Below are positions 17,490 through 25,480 of a stretch of 50,845 nt of DNA, in pieces; within the stretch, counting starts at the first letter, position 1, and each line of letters opens with the position of its first letter. Made by a program: the position numbers and the translations under genes. Origin of the DNA: Candidatus Levyibacteriota bacterium. GTDB lineage: Bacteria > Patescibacteriota > Microgenomatia > Levybacterales > UBA12049. Under the pieces are notes generated by a model. That model was given only the letters and a program-made list of their open reading frames with translations, ran no database searches and was not told the DNA's origin. Where the stretch lies: assembly GCA_016188975.1 (NCBI GenBank), contig JACPGQ010000003.1, positions 1 to 50,845 of the forward strand, given 5' to 3'.

Positions 17490-17577
17490 TGGCGGAGAGG
17501 GAGGGATTCGAACTCGCGGTATCTTGCGATACGACGGTTTAGTAAACCGTTACCATAGACCACTCGGTCACCTCTCC
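17490..17577 (-). tRNA. class II tRNA-Ser-like gene, anticodon read as ACT, weak T-stem
   Basis: The minus strand reads GGAGAGG-TG-ACCG-AGTGGTCTA-TGGT-A-ACGGT-TTACTAA-ACCGT, then a long variable arm (GTATC-GCAA-GATAC), then GCGAG-TTCGAAT-CCCTC-CCTCTCC-G-CCA. The acceptor, D and anticodon stems are good. The T-stem has 2 mismatches in 5 pairs. Confidence 0.65.
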
Positions 17578-17679
17578 ATAAGATGTTGTCCTCTTATCCG
17601 CCTTTGGCGGACGACCACCCCGCCAGAGGCGGGCAGGTATGCGACCTCTCCAGATTATTGCTATTATACGCAAAATCCC

Positions 17680-17847
17680 TTAGATCAGAGTATAGATAAA
17701 TGGCGCAACTCCCGTTGCCTGGGCGAAGATGAGGATGAAGCTGAAGATAAGAAGGACTACGATGAGGGGTATAAGAAACCACAATTTTGCTTTCCACAAA
17801 TACACAAGCAATTCCCCTGCCTCACCAAAACGACTAAAAAAGCTCAT
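17680..17847 (-). CDS. DUF5989-like small membrane protein (55 aa, below the ORF-track cutoff)
   Basis: My translation is MSFFSRFGEAGELLVYLWKAKLWFLIPLIVVLLIFSFILIFAQATGVAPFIYTLI. The C-terminal APFIYTL motif and the position next to a carbamoyltransferase match my memory of DUF5989. Confidence 0.6.
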   Translation of the reverse strand: MSFFSRFGEAGELLVYLWKAKLWFLIPLIVVLLIFSFILIFAQATGVAPFIYTLI

Positions 17848-17898
17848 AAATTCTTTATAGCATATTTTGTCTTTACAGTCTTCAGATTCTACAACTCT

Positions 17899-18052
17899 AA
17901 AATTTCTAATTTCTAAATCCTAATCCGTCAGTTGACGGACTAAACAAACCCCAATAACCAAATCCAAAAAGGTTTTGAACTTTTATATCTTGAACTTGTT
18001 TAGGATTTCGATATCAGGATTTTATTAGGTAAATTAGAAATTAGGTTAATTA
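17899..18052. mobile_element. MITE-like intergenic element with AATTTCTAATTTCTAAATCCTAA / ATTAGAAATTAGG termini
   Basis: It has the same termini as 26983-27168. An inner core of about 45 nt is about 80 percent identical, in inverted orientation, to 19858-19920. The right end overlaps the carbamoyltransferase stop codon. Confidence 0.6.
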
Positions 18053-19840
18053 GATATTCTCCAAATCTTCTTTCCTCACCACGTAATTCTCAAGTACTAG
18101 ATAATCCAGCTCCGATTTACGGAATGTGTTTAGGGCATTTTCTGGAGAGTTCACGACTGGCTCACCTCTGAGGTTAAAAGACGTATTCATCAGCACATAT
18201 ACACCGGTCAGGTCACCAAATGCTTTAATAAGATCGTAATATCGGGCATTTTGCTTTCGTGAAACTATTTGTAACCGTCCGCTTCCATCAACGTGCGTTA
18301 CCGCCGGAATGACTTTCCTTTTCTCTCTTTTTACCGGAAACACTCCCAACATATAATTCGTCAGATTTTCATGCTCTACTTCTTCAACATCAAAATATTC
18401 TGCAGCTTTTTCGGAGAGGACAACCGGAGCGAAAGGCCGGTACGGTTCTCTGAATTTTATTTTGGTATTCACTATCTCCTTCATTTCCTCCTTCCGCGGG
18501 TCGGCAAGGATTGAGCGATTCCCAAGCGCCCTTGGCCCCCACTCAGCCCTTCCCTGAAAAAAACCGATGACTTTTCCATCTGCAATTTCTTTCGAGAGAA
18601 ACGCGAATAATTTTCCTTCTGTCATTTGTTTATACGGAATATGTTTCGTTTTGAGAAAACGTACAATCTCTGCTCTTGTGAAACCTTTGCCAAAATATGC
18701 ATCCTTCATGACGAATTTTCGCTTCTTTTCCAGAAGGCCATGGTGTGCGTAGAGTGCGGCTCCCATTGCCCCTCCATCGTCACCTGCTGCCGGTTGAATA
18801 AAGATGTTTTTGAATGGCCCTTCCCGAAGTAGCCTCCCGTTGGCGACGCTATTGAGCCCCACGCCTCCAGCAACGCATAAATTCTCTTTCCCGGTTTTCT
18901 CCTTCACCGTTTTTGCAAACTTCAGGATCGTCTCCTCAGTAAATGCTTGTATTGACGCCGCAATATCTGCGTAAAATTGGTTTTGCTTACAAACCTTCTC
19001 ATAGTCACCCGGTTTGTCACCAAAATATTTTGGGTACCCTGATTTTTTGGTGAAAAAATGGAGGTCCCTCGGTCTGGGCTTGCCGAACAGGTTTATAAAT
19101 TCATCGCCATACGCCTTATCCGCAGATTTGTGATATGAGAAATATTTCATGCGCATCTGGAATGACCCATCAGGAAATCGCCGGACTAATTTTTTTACCT
19201 TGTCGATATACAAAGGCCTTCCGTATGGCGCCATCCCCATGACTTTGTATTCACCGTCATTTACCTCAAACCCTAAAAACGCTGTAAAGACAGAATATAA
19301 AAGTCCAAGACTGTGCGGGAACCGCATCTCTTCGATAATCTCTATTTTTGTACCGTCACCTACACCTATTGCAGTTGTTGTCCATTCACCGACTCCGTCC
19401 ATAGTCAGTATTGCTGCGTCGTCAAACCCTGAAGGATAAAACGCCGACGCGGCGTGTGATATGTGGTGCGGGACAAAAAGTATTTTTTTGCGGTCTATTT
19501 TTAACTCCTCGGAAATTGTTGACCTCACCCACAATTTCTCAGTAAACCAGTTGATCATTCCCTTCGCAAAAAGTTGCGACGAGGAGGGATATGTTGCTAG
19601 TGAAGAGAGCAAAATCCTCTGGAATTTCCAAAACGGTTTCTCATAAAAGACGACATAATCAACCTGCTCGACTGAAATATTTGCCTGTCTAAGGCAAAAC
19701 TTCACGGCCTCTTTTGGGAATCCCGCGTCATGTTTTTTTCGGGTAAACCGCTCCTCTGCAGACGCCGCTACGACAATACCGTCTTTTAGAAGACACGCTG
19801 AGGATTCATGGTAGTAGCAGGAAATACCGAGTATATGCAT
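18050..19840 (-). CDS. carbamoyltransferase (NodU/CmcH family)
   Basis: 596 aa. It has MHILGISCYYHESSACLLKDGIVVAASAEERFTRKKHD, a HHISHAASAF segment and a C-terminal NTSFNLRGEPVV. Confidence 0.9.
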   Translation of the reverse strand: MHILGISCYYHESSACLLKDGIVVAASAEERFTRKKHDAGFPKEAVKFCLRQANISVEQVDYVVFYEKPFWKFQRILLSSLATYPSSSQLFAKGMINWFTEKLWVRSTISEELKIDRKKILFVPHHISHAASAFYPSGFDDAAILTMDGVGEWTTTAIGVGDGTKIEIIEEMRFPHSLGLLYSVFTAFLGFEVNDGEYKVMGMAPYGRPLYIDKVKKLVRRFPDGSFQMRMKYFSYHKSADKAYGDEFINLFGKPRPRDLHFFTKKSGYPKYFGDKPGDYEKVCKQNQFYADIAASIQAFTEETILKFAKTVKEKTGKENLCVAGGVGLNSVANGRLLREGPFKNIFIQPAAGDDGGAMGAALYAHHGLLEKKRKFVMKDAYFGKGFTRAEIVRFLKTKHIPYKQMTEGKLFAFLSKEIADGKVIGFFQGRAEWGPRALGNRSILADPRKEEMKEIVNTKIKFREPYRPFAPVVLSEKAAEYFDVEEVEHENLTNYMLGVFPVKREKRKVIPAVTHVDGSGRLQIVSRKQNARYYDLIKAFGDLTGVYVLMNTSFNLRGEPVVNSPENALNTFRKSELDYLVLENYVVRKEDLENI

Positions 19841-19990
19841 AACTATAAATCAGAAATCAGAAATTAGAATATCGAAACTCGAAACAAATTCAAAATATAA
19901 GTGTTCAAAATCGAAAACAGTTTTGAAAATTTGTGTTTTTGTCATTTGGTATTGTCTCGGATTTCGTGTATATGATTTCGAATTTACTAG
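19841..19990. mobile_element. MITE-like intergenic element related to 17899-18052 (inverted)
   Basis: CAGAAATCAGAAATTAGAATATCGAAACTCGAAACAAATTCAAAATATAAGTGTTCAAAA aligns with the reverse complement of 17961-18025. Confidence 0.5.
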
Positions 19991-20226
19991 AAGGGTTTTC
20001 TTGCTTCCTCCAACGTCTCCATTTGGTGTTCCCATGGTGAAAAATTTGTTTTTTTCTTAAGGGATGTTCCATAAACCCGCAAAGGATCGCTAAAGAGCCG
20101 AAACGGAATTCCCATGACAAATAGGATTAAGAAATAAAAAACACTAAAAAATATTTTCGCCTGAAAATTGCCAAGCCGATTGGCAATTTTCATCCAGTAT
20201 TTCCAAAGGGTTTTAAGGAACTTCAT
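19987..20226 (-). CDS. SxtJ-like small membrane protein
   Basis: 79 aa. WMKIANRLGNFQAKIFFSVFYFLILFVMGIPFRLFSDPL resembles the C-terminal half of SxtJ-family proteins that neighbour carbamoyltransferases. Confidence 0.5.
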   Translation of the reverse strand: MKFLKTLWKYWMKIANRLGNFQAKIFFSVFYFLILFVMGIPFRLFSDPLRVYGTSLKKKTNFSPWEHQMETLEEARKPF

Positions 20227-21302
20227 TTCTTCATCGAGGCAGGGATTACTGGGGCAAGTTTAGCATAAAGAAGATCAGCAATGATAACTTGAATTTTTTC
20301 ATTGGGGTGATAATCATACCTGCTCACAACAACATCAGATGCATGCATTTTTTTCACTGCCGGATACACGTCTATCACTTCCAGACCGTTACCGGTAAAC
20401 ATCTTTTTTATTTCGTCATACTTGTCCGATAATGGATTATCGGGAAGGAACTTGAAAAAAGGGAGAAGCAAGACAATCGCCTTCCTATTGTCTTCTTTCA
20501 ATATTTTGGAAAACGTTTCGACGTCGTTTTTATGTCGTGCAAAATTCTTTGTGTCCCGATACGAGTCTATATCAACCTGACGAAGCTCTAAAAATGCTTC
20601 GTCATATTTTGCTTCTAATCTCCAGTAAAGATAATCTAAAAAAAATGACTTACTTGTAATTTCCCGTGCAAGGTCGCTTTGTTTTTGTTGTCTGATTAGT
20701 ACTTTTGTACCGGTACTTGCTTTCGGCTGAGCATCATTAAGAAAATACTGCCAGACCACAATGTCGAAATGCATGTCCTTCACCTTCCGGAATTCATCGA
20801 TTTCGTTCCATGTGTCGTATCCCGATTTTCCAAGGTTGTATACTTCTACATTTCTGCCGGAACCCCGAAGTTTTTTCTCAAGAATACTTGAGAATCGATC
20901 TTCCGTATTTTTTATCCCATACCCAAAAGTCATCGAATCTCCCACGATACCGATTCTGGTAACTCCCGGTTTCTTCTCACGAGTAAAATCCCTGTCACGA
21001 TAAAAATAGCTATTATATACGACGTGACGCTTAAACCACCTTTCACTTATTTTCAAGAAACCCAAACTATCCGATTCATCAAACCGGTATCTGAAAAATG
21101 CTTCAAAACCGGTAAAGATGAAAACTGAAAAACAGAAAAAAGTTACAGCCATCAGAAAGGCTTTCTTCTTTCTCTCGCCAATCTGTGATTTGACTATTCG
21201 GACAATTGCGAAAAGGAGAAACGGGAAAAAAACAAAATCAAGAAGGAGAAACGGCCAAAAATCCATCAAGAAGTATGATCCCTTAGCGTAAACTAAAAAC
21301 AT
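20223..21302 (-). CDS. membrane-anchored SGNH/GDSL hydrolase
   Basis: 359 aa with N-terminal TM helices, block I IGIVGDSMTFGYG and block V DYHPN. Confidence 0.7.
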   Translation of the reverse strand: MFLVYAKGSYFLMDFWPFLLLDFVFFPFLLFAIVRIVKSQIGERKKKAFLMAVTFFCFSVFIFTGFEAFFRYRFDESDSLGFLKISERWFKRHVVYNSYFYRDRDFTREKKPGVTRIGIVGDSMTFGYGIKNTEDRFSSILEKKLRGSGRNVEVYNLGKSGYDTWNEIDEFRKVKDMHFDIVVWQYFLNDAQPKASTGTKVLIRQQKQSDLAREITSKSFFLDYLYWRLEAKYDEAFLELRQVDIDSYRDTKNFARHKNDVETFSKILKEDNRKAIVLLLPFFKFLPDNPLSDKYDEIKKMFTGNGLEVIDVYPAVKKMHASDVVVSRYDYHPNEKIQVIIADLLYAKLAPVIPASMKK

Positions 21303-21382
21303 CTAATAATAATACTCTATCAATTGATAAAATCAAGTGGCTCCCGAAATTATTTACTTGTTTTATCTTCCTACATTTAGGT

Positions 21383-21388
21383 TATAAT
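21383..21388 (+). promoter_or_regulatory. -10 box TATAAT 8 nt upstream of the GTG start of the ABC exporter
   Basis: The sequence is gtTATAATagaaactcGTG, with no Shine-Dalgarno sequence. Confidence 0.4.
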
Positions 21389-21396
21389 AGAAACTC

Positions 21397-23166
21397 GTGA
21401 AGAACATCATTAATATCATCAAGATTTCAAAACCGCTGCATCATCTGGTCGCGATTTTGGGAGTTCTTATTCTCGCATCCTCTGCTCTAGCTCTCGTCGC
21501 ACCGATTCTTTCCAAATCAATTGTCGACCAGATTGTCGCCCAAGTGCAAAACAAGGGCGGCAATATGCAGGAGCTTATTCTCCTCATCCTCCTCTCCTTT
21601 GGCGCCAACCTTATAAGCCTTGTCCTGACAACGCTCAGCAATAGAATCGGTGATCACTTCGCAGGACGCTTGAGAAAATTCCTCACTGAAAAATTTTACG
21701 ACAAAGTTCTCACCCTTCCTCAGTCGTATTTTGACTCTGAGGTCTCCGGAAAAATCCTCAATCAGCTCACCCGCGGCATCATGACGATTAACAGCTTTCT
21801 CAACATGGCCAGTAACTTCATGCTGCCGACATTTTTACAAGCAATCTTCATCGTCATCGTACTCTCCTACTACAACCTTCCCATTGCTTTCTTCACCTTT
21901 ATCCTCTTCCCAATCTATCTTGTCCTCTCATACTACTCAACAAAAAAATGGGGTGAAAAAGAAGTCCTGAAAAATCAGATTGAGGACAGGATGCGAGGCC
22001 GCATGCAAGAAGCGATCGTCAACATGAGTCTTGTCAGAAGTTTCACGAGTGAGCCTCGGGAGTTTAAGCTTGTTGAAAAAAGCCTTGAAGAAAGCAACGA
22101 ACTCTACAGAATACAAAGTACTACCTACCACAAATTTGATTTCTTCAGAGGACTTTCTCTCAATATCATTCTTTTTGCGATAAGTATTGTTGTCTTTTAC
22201 AACACATTCCAGGGCATCCTCTCAATAGGCGAAATGGTTCTTATCCTGCAACTCTTCAATCAAGCAAGACTTCCGCTGTTTGCGATGTCTTTCATCCTCA
22301 CCCAAATCCAAATGGCAGAGGCAGGTTCCAAAGAATACTTTGAGATTCTCAATCTGAAGTCTACGGAAAACTACAAGAAAAAAGTTGACGGCAAGCACAT
22401 TACAGACCCTTCGATCGAATTCAAGAATGTCTCGTTCCAGTACGAGACATCTGGCATTGTGCTCAAGGATGTTTCATTCAAGCTAAACCCCAACGAGATG
22501 GCTGCACTCGTTGGCCATAGCGGCGCCGGTAAGTCAACGATTATTAATCTCATTCTTAAATTTTATGACCCGACCCGGGGAAACATTTTGCTCAAAGGCA
22601 AGAACTACAAAGACTTGGATCATGCGTTTATCCGCAACAACATCTCACTTGTTTTCCAGGAAAACGAACTCTTCTCGACAACGGTGAGGGAAAATGTCGC
22701 ATACGGCAAACCTGATTCATCTGAGAAAGAGATCGTCACTGCCCTCAAACTCGCCAACGCCTACGACTTCGTCATGAAGCTACCAAAGGGTCTAGATAGT
22801 GAAGTCGGAGAGCGCGGAGTCAGACTCTCTGGTGGACAGAAACAGCGGATTCAAATAGCACGCGCAATTTTGAAAAATGCCCCGATTCTCATTATGGATG
22901 AGGCGACATCAAGTCTTGACGCAAAATCAGAAAAAGAAGTTCAAGTAGCTCTGGAGAATTTGATGAAAAACAAGCTCGTCATCGTTATCGCGCATAGGTT
23001 CTCAACGATCCAGAATGCCAATAAAATTCTCGTCATTGAAGACGGCAAAATCACAGAATCAGGAACGCCACAGGAACTGGCAAATACAAAGGGTCTTTAC
23101 AGAGAGCTTCTCAACTACCAGGTCGAAGGCAACAAAAAGTTACTGGAGAAATTTGAGATATACTAA
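21397..23166 (+). CDS. ABC transporter, fused permease/ATPase (MsbA-like exporter)
   Basis: 589 aa with six TM helices, Walker A GHSGAGKST, signature LSGGQKQR and Walker B ILIMDEATS. Confidence 0.9.
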   Translation: MKNIINIIKISKPLHHLVAILGVLILASSALALVAPILSKSIVDQIVAQVQNKGGNMQELILLILLSFGANLISLVLTTLSNRIGDHFAGRLRKFLTEKFYDKVLTLPQSYFDSEVSGKILNQLTRGIMTINSFLNMASNFMLPTFLQAIFIVIVLSYYNLPIAFFTFILFPIYLVLSYYSTKKWGEKEVLKNQIEDRMRGRMQEAIVNMSLVRSFTSEPREFKLVEKSLEESNELYRIQSTTYHKFDFFRGLSLNIILFAISIVVFYNTFQGILSIGEMVLILQLFNQARLPLFAMSFILTQIQMAEAGSKEYFEILNLKSTENYKKKVDGKHITDPSIEFKNVSFQYETSGIVLKDVSFKLNPNEMAALVGHSGAGKSTIINLILKFYDPTRGNILLKGKNYKDLDHAFIRNNISLVFQENELFSTTVRENVAYGKPDSSEKEIVTALKLANAYDFVMKLPKGLDSEVGERGVRLSGGQKQRIQIARAILKNAPILIMDEATSSLDAKSEKEVQVALENLMKNKLVIVIAHRFSTIQNANKILVIEDGKITESGTPQELANTKGLYRELLNYQVEGNKKLLEKFEIY

Positions 23167-23167
23167 G

Positions 23168-23563
23168 TTACCTGATCTTCTTCGAGTGTTTTTTAAACCA
23201 CAAAGCAATTTCTTCAAAATCTAAGTGCGTATTCTCTGCACGGAGAGGAAATGCAACAAATTCTTTTTGTGAAACATCTAATTCATAACCGTTCACTGCA
23301 AGAAACCGTGCAGTTACTACCATTGATGTCCTCTTGTTTCCATCGACAAACGCATGGTTAAACAAAAGTGAATGAAACAGGGCTGCGGCTTTGCTAAAAA
23401 TGTCCTGATATAAATCTTCTCCACCAAACGATGATTGCGGTCTTGCGAGAGCTGATTGGATCAGTCCTAAATCGCGGATGCCAAAACTCCCGCCATATTC
23501 TTCAATCATGCTGTCGTGAATCGCAATGAGAGAATCGAGAGTGAGATAGACTACGTCTTTCAC
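23168..23563 (-). CDS. doc: type II toxin, Doc (death-on-curing, Fic fold)
   Basis: 131 aa with the Doc motif HAFVDGNKRTS. It overlaps the upstream antitoxin gene by 4 nt. Confidence 0.85.
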   Translation of the reverse strand: MKDVVYLTLDSLIAIHDSMIEEYGGSFGIRDLGLIQSALARPQSSFGGEDLYQDIFSKAAALFHSLLFNHAFVDGNKRTSMVVTARFLAVNGYELDVSQKEFVAFPLRAENTHLDFEEIALWFKKHSKKIR

Positions 23564-23805
23564 TTTTTTGCGAGCTCCGTGAGGGCATTTTTGTATTTCG
23601 CATTAAATTTCTCAAGCCACTCAAAAAATTCAGGTGTTAAACCGGAATGCGTACCATTCGTTTTTGTCCTGATTTGCACTAAACCAAGCTTAGCGCTTGT
23701 CTCAACATCAATTATCTGCCCAGGCTTAACCTTTCCTTCTTTCACAAAAGCTTGAGGAAGTGTAACTGCGAGCGAATTTCCTACTGTAATAACTTTCTGT
23801 TTCAT
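23560..23805 (-). CDS. AbrB/MazE/SpoVT-type antitoxin
   Basis: 81 aa. The N-terminal swapped-hairpin motif is VITVGNSLAVTLPQAFVKEGKVKPGQ. Confidence 0.8.
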   Translation of the reverse strand: MKQKVITVGNSLAVTLPQAFVKEGKVKPGQIIDVETSAKLGLVQIRTKTNGTHSGLTPEFFEWLEKFNAKYKNALTELAKK

Positions 23806-23828
23806 AGTGTCACTGAGTTAATCGAATC

Positions 23829-23865
23829 GTTATAACATATTATAACACTTCGTAAGATTTGTCAA
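23829..23865 (-). promoter_or_regulatory. toxin-antitoxin promoter with a palindromic operator
   Basis: On the minus strand TTGACA (23865-23860) is followed by a 15-nt spacer and TATAAT (23844-23839). The inverted repeat GTTATAA-CATA-TTATAAC (23829-23846) overlaps the -10 box. Confidence 0.5.
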
Positions 23866-24012
23866 CCCGTTTTTTCGTGATCAACTACCAATATACCAAT
23901 ATATTGGTAGTAAAGACAGTCTGCTTAAAAATACCAGATATAACTTTGTAGAATTGACGAGGAGCTGGAGAAATTTGAGATTTACGAGAAATAGTGCTAT
24001 TATAGGCCTATA

Positions 24013-24654
24013 ATGGCAGAGGCGTATAGACCCACTCCGCAATCAATTATTGATGTAGCAGGGCGAGCCTCATTTCCTATCGTCGAAGCAGAAATCGATG
24101 AGGTATTCCCTGTTTATAAACTCAACTCCTGGGTGTTTCGAGCTGGCGCAGTTGTATACAAGATTCGTTTAGCTACAACCGAAGAACAGAAAATTGCTTC
24201 GGCAAGAGAGGCAAGAAATTTTCAAAGCCTTCTATCATTCTATCGAATGAAGGGGGTTGACTTTGGCCGAAGCGAAGGTCTTACAGGTGACGGTTATACA
24301 TTGCTTCGAATGCCATATCTCGGGATAAGTCTCCATGTAATCGGCCAACAACTTGACCTAGTTAAGCTAGGATATAATTCAGCTGCACTCTCGAATATAG
24401 AAGATCGTTTCTCTCCTGAACGGTTATGCCATTTAGTCGAACAGTTCAAGAGAGACCAGGCAGAATTTGCGAGTGTGTTTGGTCTTGTACACTGTGACTT
24501 AGCACAAAACAACGCTCCAAACAACATTGTCTATAACGAACCGCTGGATAGACTAATCCCAATTGATGCGGAAGCATTTCGAGAGTATGATCCTGAAGCA
24601 TCACAAACATTCCGTGACCAGGTTGCCGCAGTAAAAACCTGGTCCCTTGCTTAG
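24013..24654 (+). CDS. hypothetical protein, possibly a kinase-like fold
   Basis: 213 aa. LVHCDLAQNNAPNNIVY followed by IPIDAE resembles an HxDxxxxN...D catalytic arrangement. This is a weak call. Confidence 0.35.
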   Translation: MAEAYRPTPQSIIDVAGRASFPIVEAEIDEVFPVYKLNSWVFRAGAVVYKIRLATTEEQKIASAREARNFQSLLSFYRMKGVDFGRSEGLTGDGYTLLRMPYLGISLHVIGQQLDLVKLGYNSAALSNIEDRFSPERLCHLVEQFKRDQAEFASVFGLVHCDLAQNNAPNNIVYNEPLDRLIPIDAEAFREYDPEASQTFRDQVAAVKTWSLA

Positions 24655-24739
24655 TTTTTACCCAGCTTTCATTTCAATAACTGGAAATCAGGCTAAAACT
24701 GGATTTCTCGAAGAAAATTTACTATAATCATTTCTTACT

Positions 24740-25480
24740 ATGAGTCGTAACTATTTAAATAAACAAGTGCTTCGCGAGAATGCGCTTGTCTACGATGATT
24801 ACTACCAATCAGGCATTATTGATGGTTGGGAGGAGCATGATAAAGTATATAATTTTGGACATCTTTTCAAGATAGCAAAAAAAGCGAAGATGTCGCTTTG
24901 CAACGCATCAGTCCTTGATGTCGGTTGCGGCACAGGAGATATTATCCCCTACCTTCAAAAACAAGGGGTAAAAAAATATATAGGGATTGATATCTACAAA
25001 CCAGCGCTGAGAATCGCGAAGAAAAAATATCCGCAAGAAACGTTCGTCCTCATCGATATTCTCGACACTACTTCGTCATCTTCGCGAACGCGAAGATCTA
25101 GATTCACGGTCCCACTAAAAGCGAGGCTCGCCTTTGGCGGCAAGTCGGGAATGACAACGAATAAGTTCGACTTCGTCCTCTCCTCGGGTGCAATCAGTAT
25201 CAAATTGAAGAGTCTTGATAATTATGAGTTTTTGGAGGCCATGGTGAGAAAAATGTGGAAGATGAGCCGACACGGACTAGCATTCAATGTCCTGACAGAC
25301 GAAGACATCGCGCCAGCCAAGCATCTTTTTTATTACTCAATTGAAAAAGTCAGAAAACTTTGTAAACAGATTGCACCAGATGCAAAGATTGCAATCAGAC
25401 GTACGCCCATTCACAATCGCGGGTACGAAGATGAAGCGCAAATCCACGTGTACATGACAAAAAGCTCCCAACTATCCTAA
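24740..25480 (+). CDS. class I SAM-dependent methyltransferase carrying an internal insertion
   Basis: 246 aa with motif I VLDVGCGTGDI, beta-2 YIGIDI and beta-4 FDFVLSSG. The spacing between beta-3 and beta-4 is unusually long. Confidence 0.75.
   Translation: MSRNYLNKQVLRENALVYDDYYQSGIIDGWEEHDKVYNFGHLFKIAKKAKMSLCNASVLDVGCGTGDIIPYLQKQGVKKYIGIDIYKPALRIAKKKYPQETFVLIDILDTTSSSSRTRRSRFTVPLKARLAFGGKSGMTTNKFDFVLSSGAISIKLKSLDNYEFLEAMVRKMWKMSRHGLAFNVLTDEDIAPAKHLFYYSIEKVRKLCKQIAPDAKIAIRRTPIHNRGYEDEAQIHVYMTKSSQLS
25067..25165 (+). repeat. hairpin-rich in-frame insertion within the methyltransferase CDS
   Basis: It encodes TTSSSSRTRRSRFTVPLKARLAFGGKSGMTTNK. It contains the palindrome ATCTTCGCG-AA-CGCGAAGAT and the hairpin CGCCTTTGGCG, which is also present at 2349-2360 and 17598-17610. 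Confidence 0.5.

Noticed and set aside
17524-17916. A 130-aa plus-strand ORF.
   Set aside because: It starts inside the tRNA gene on the opposite strand and runs through hairpin repeats. The minus-strand 55-aa DUF5989-like ORF explains the coding potential better.
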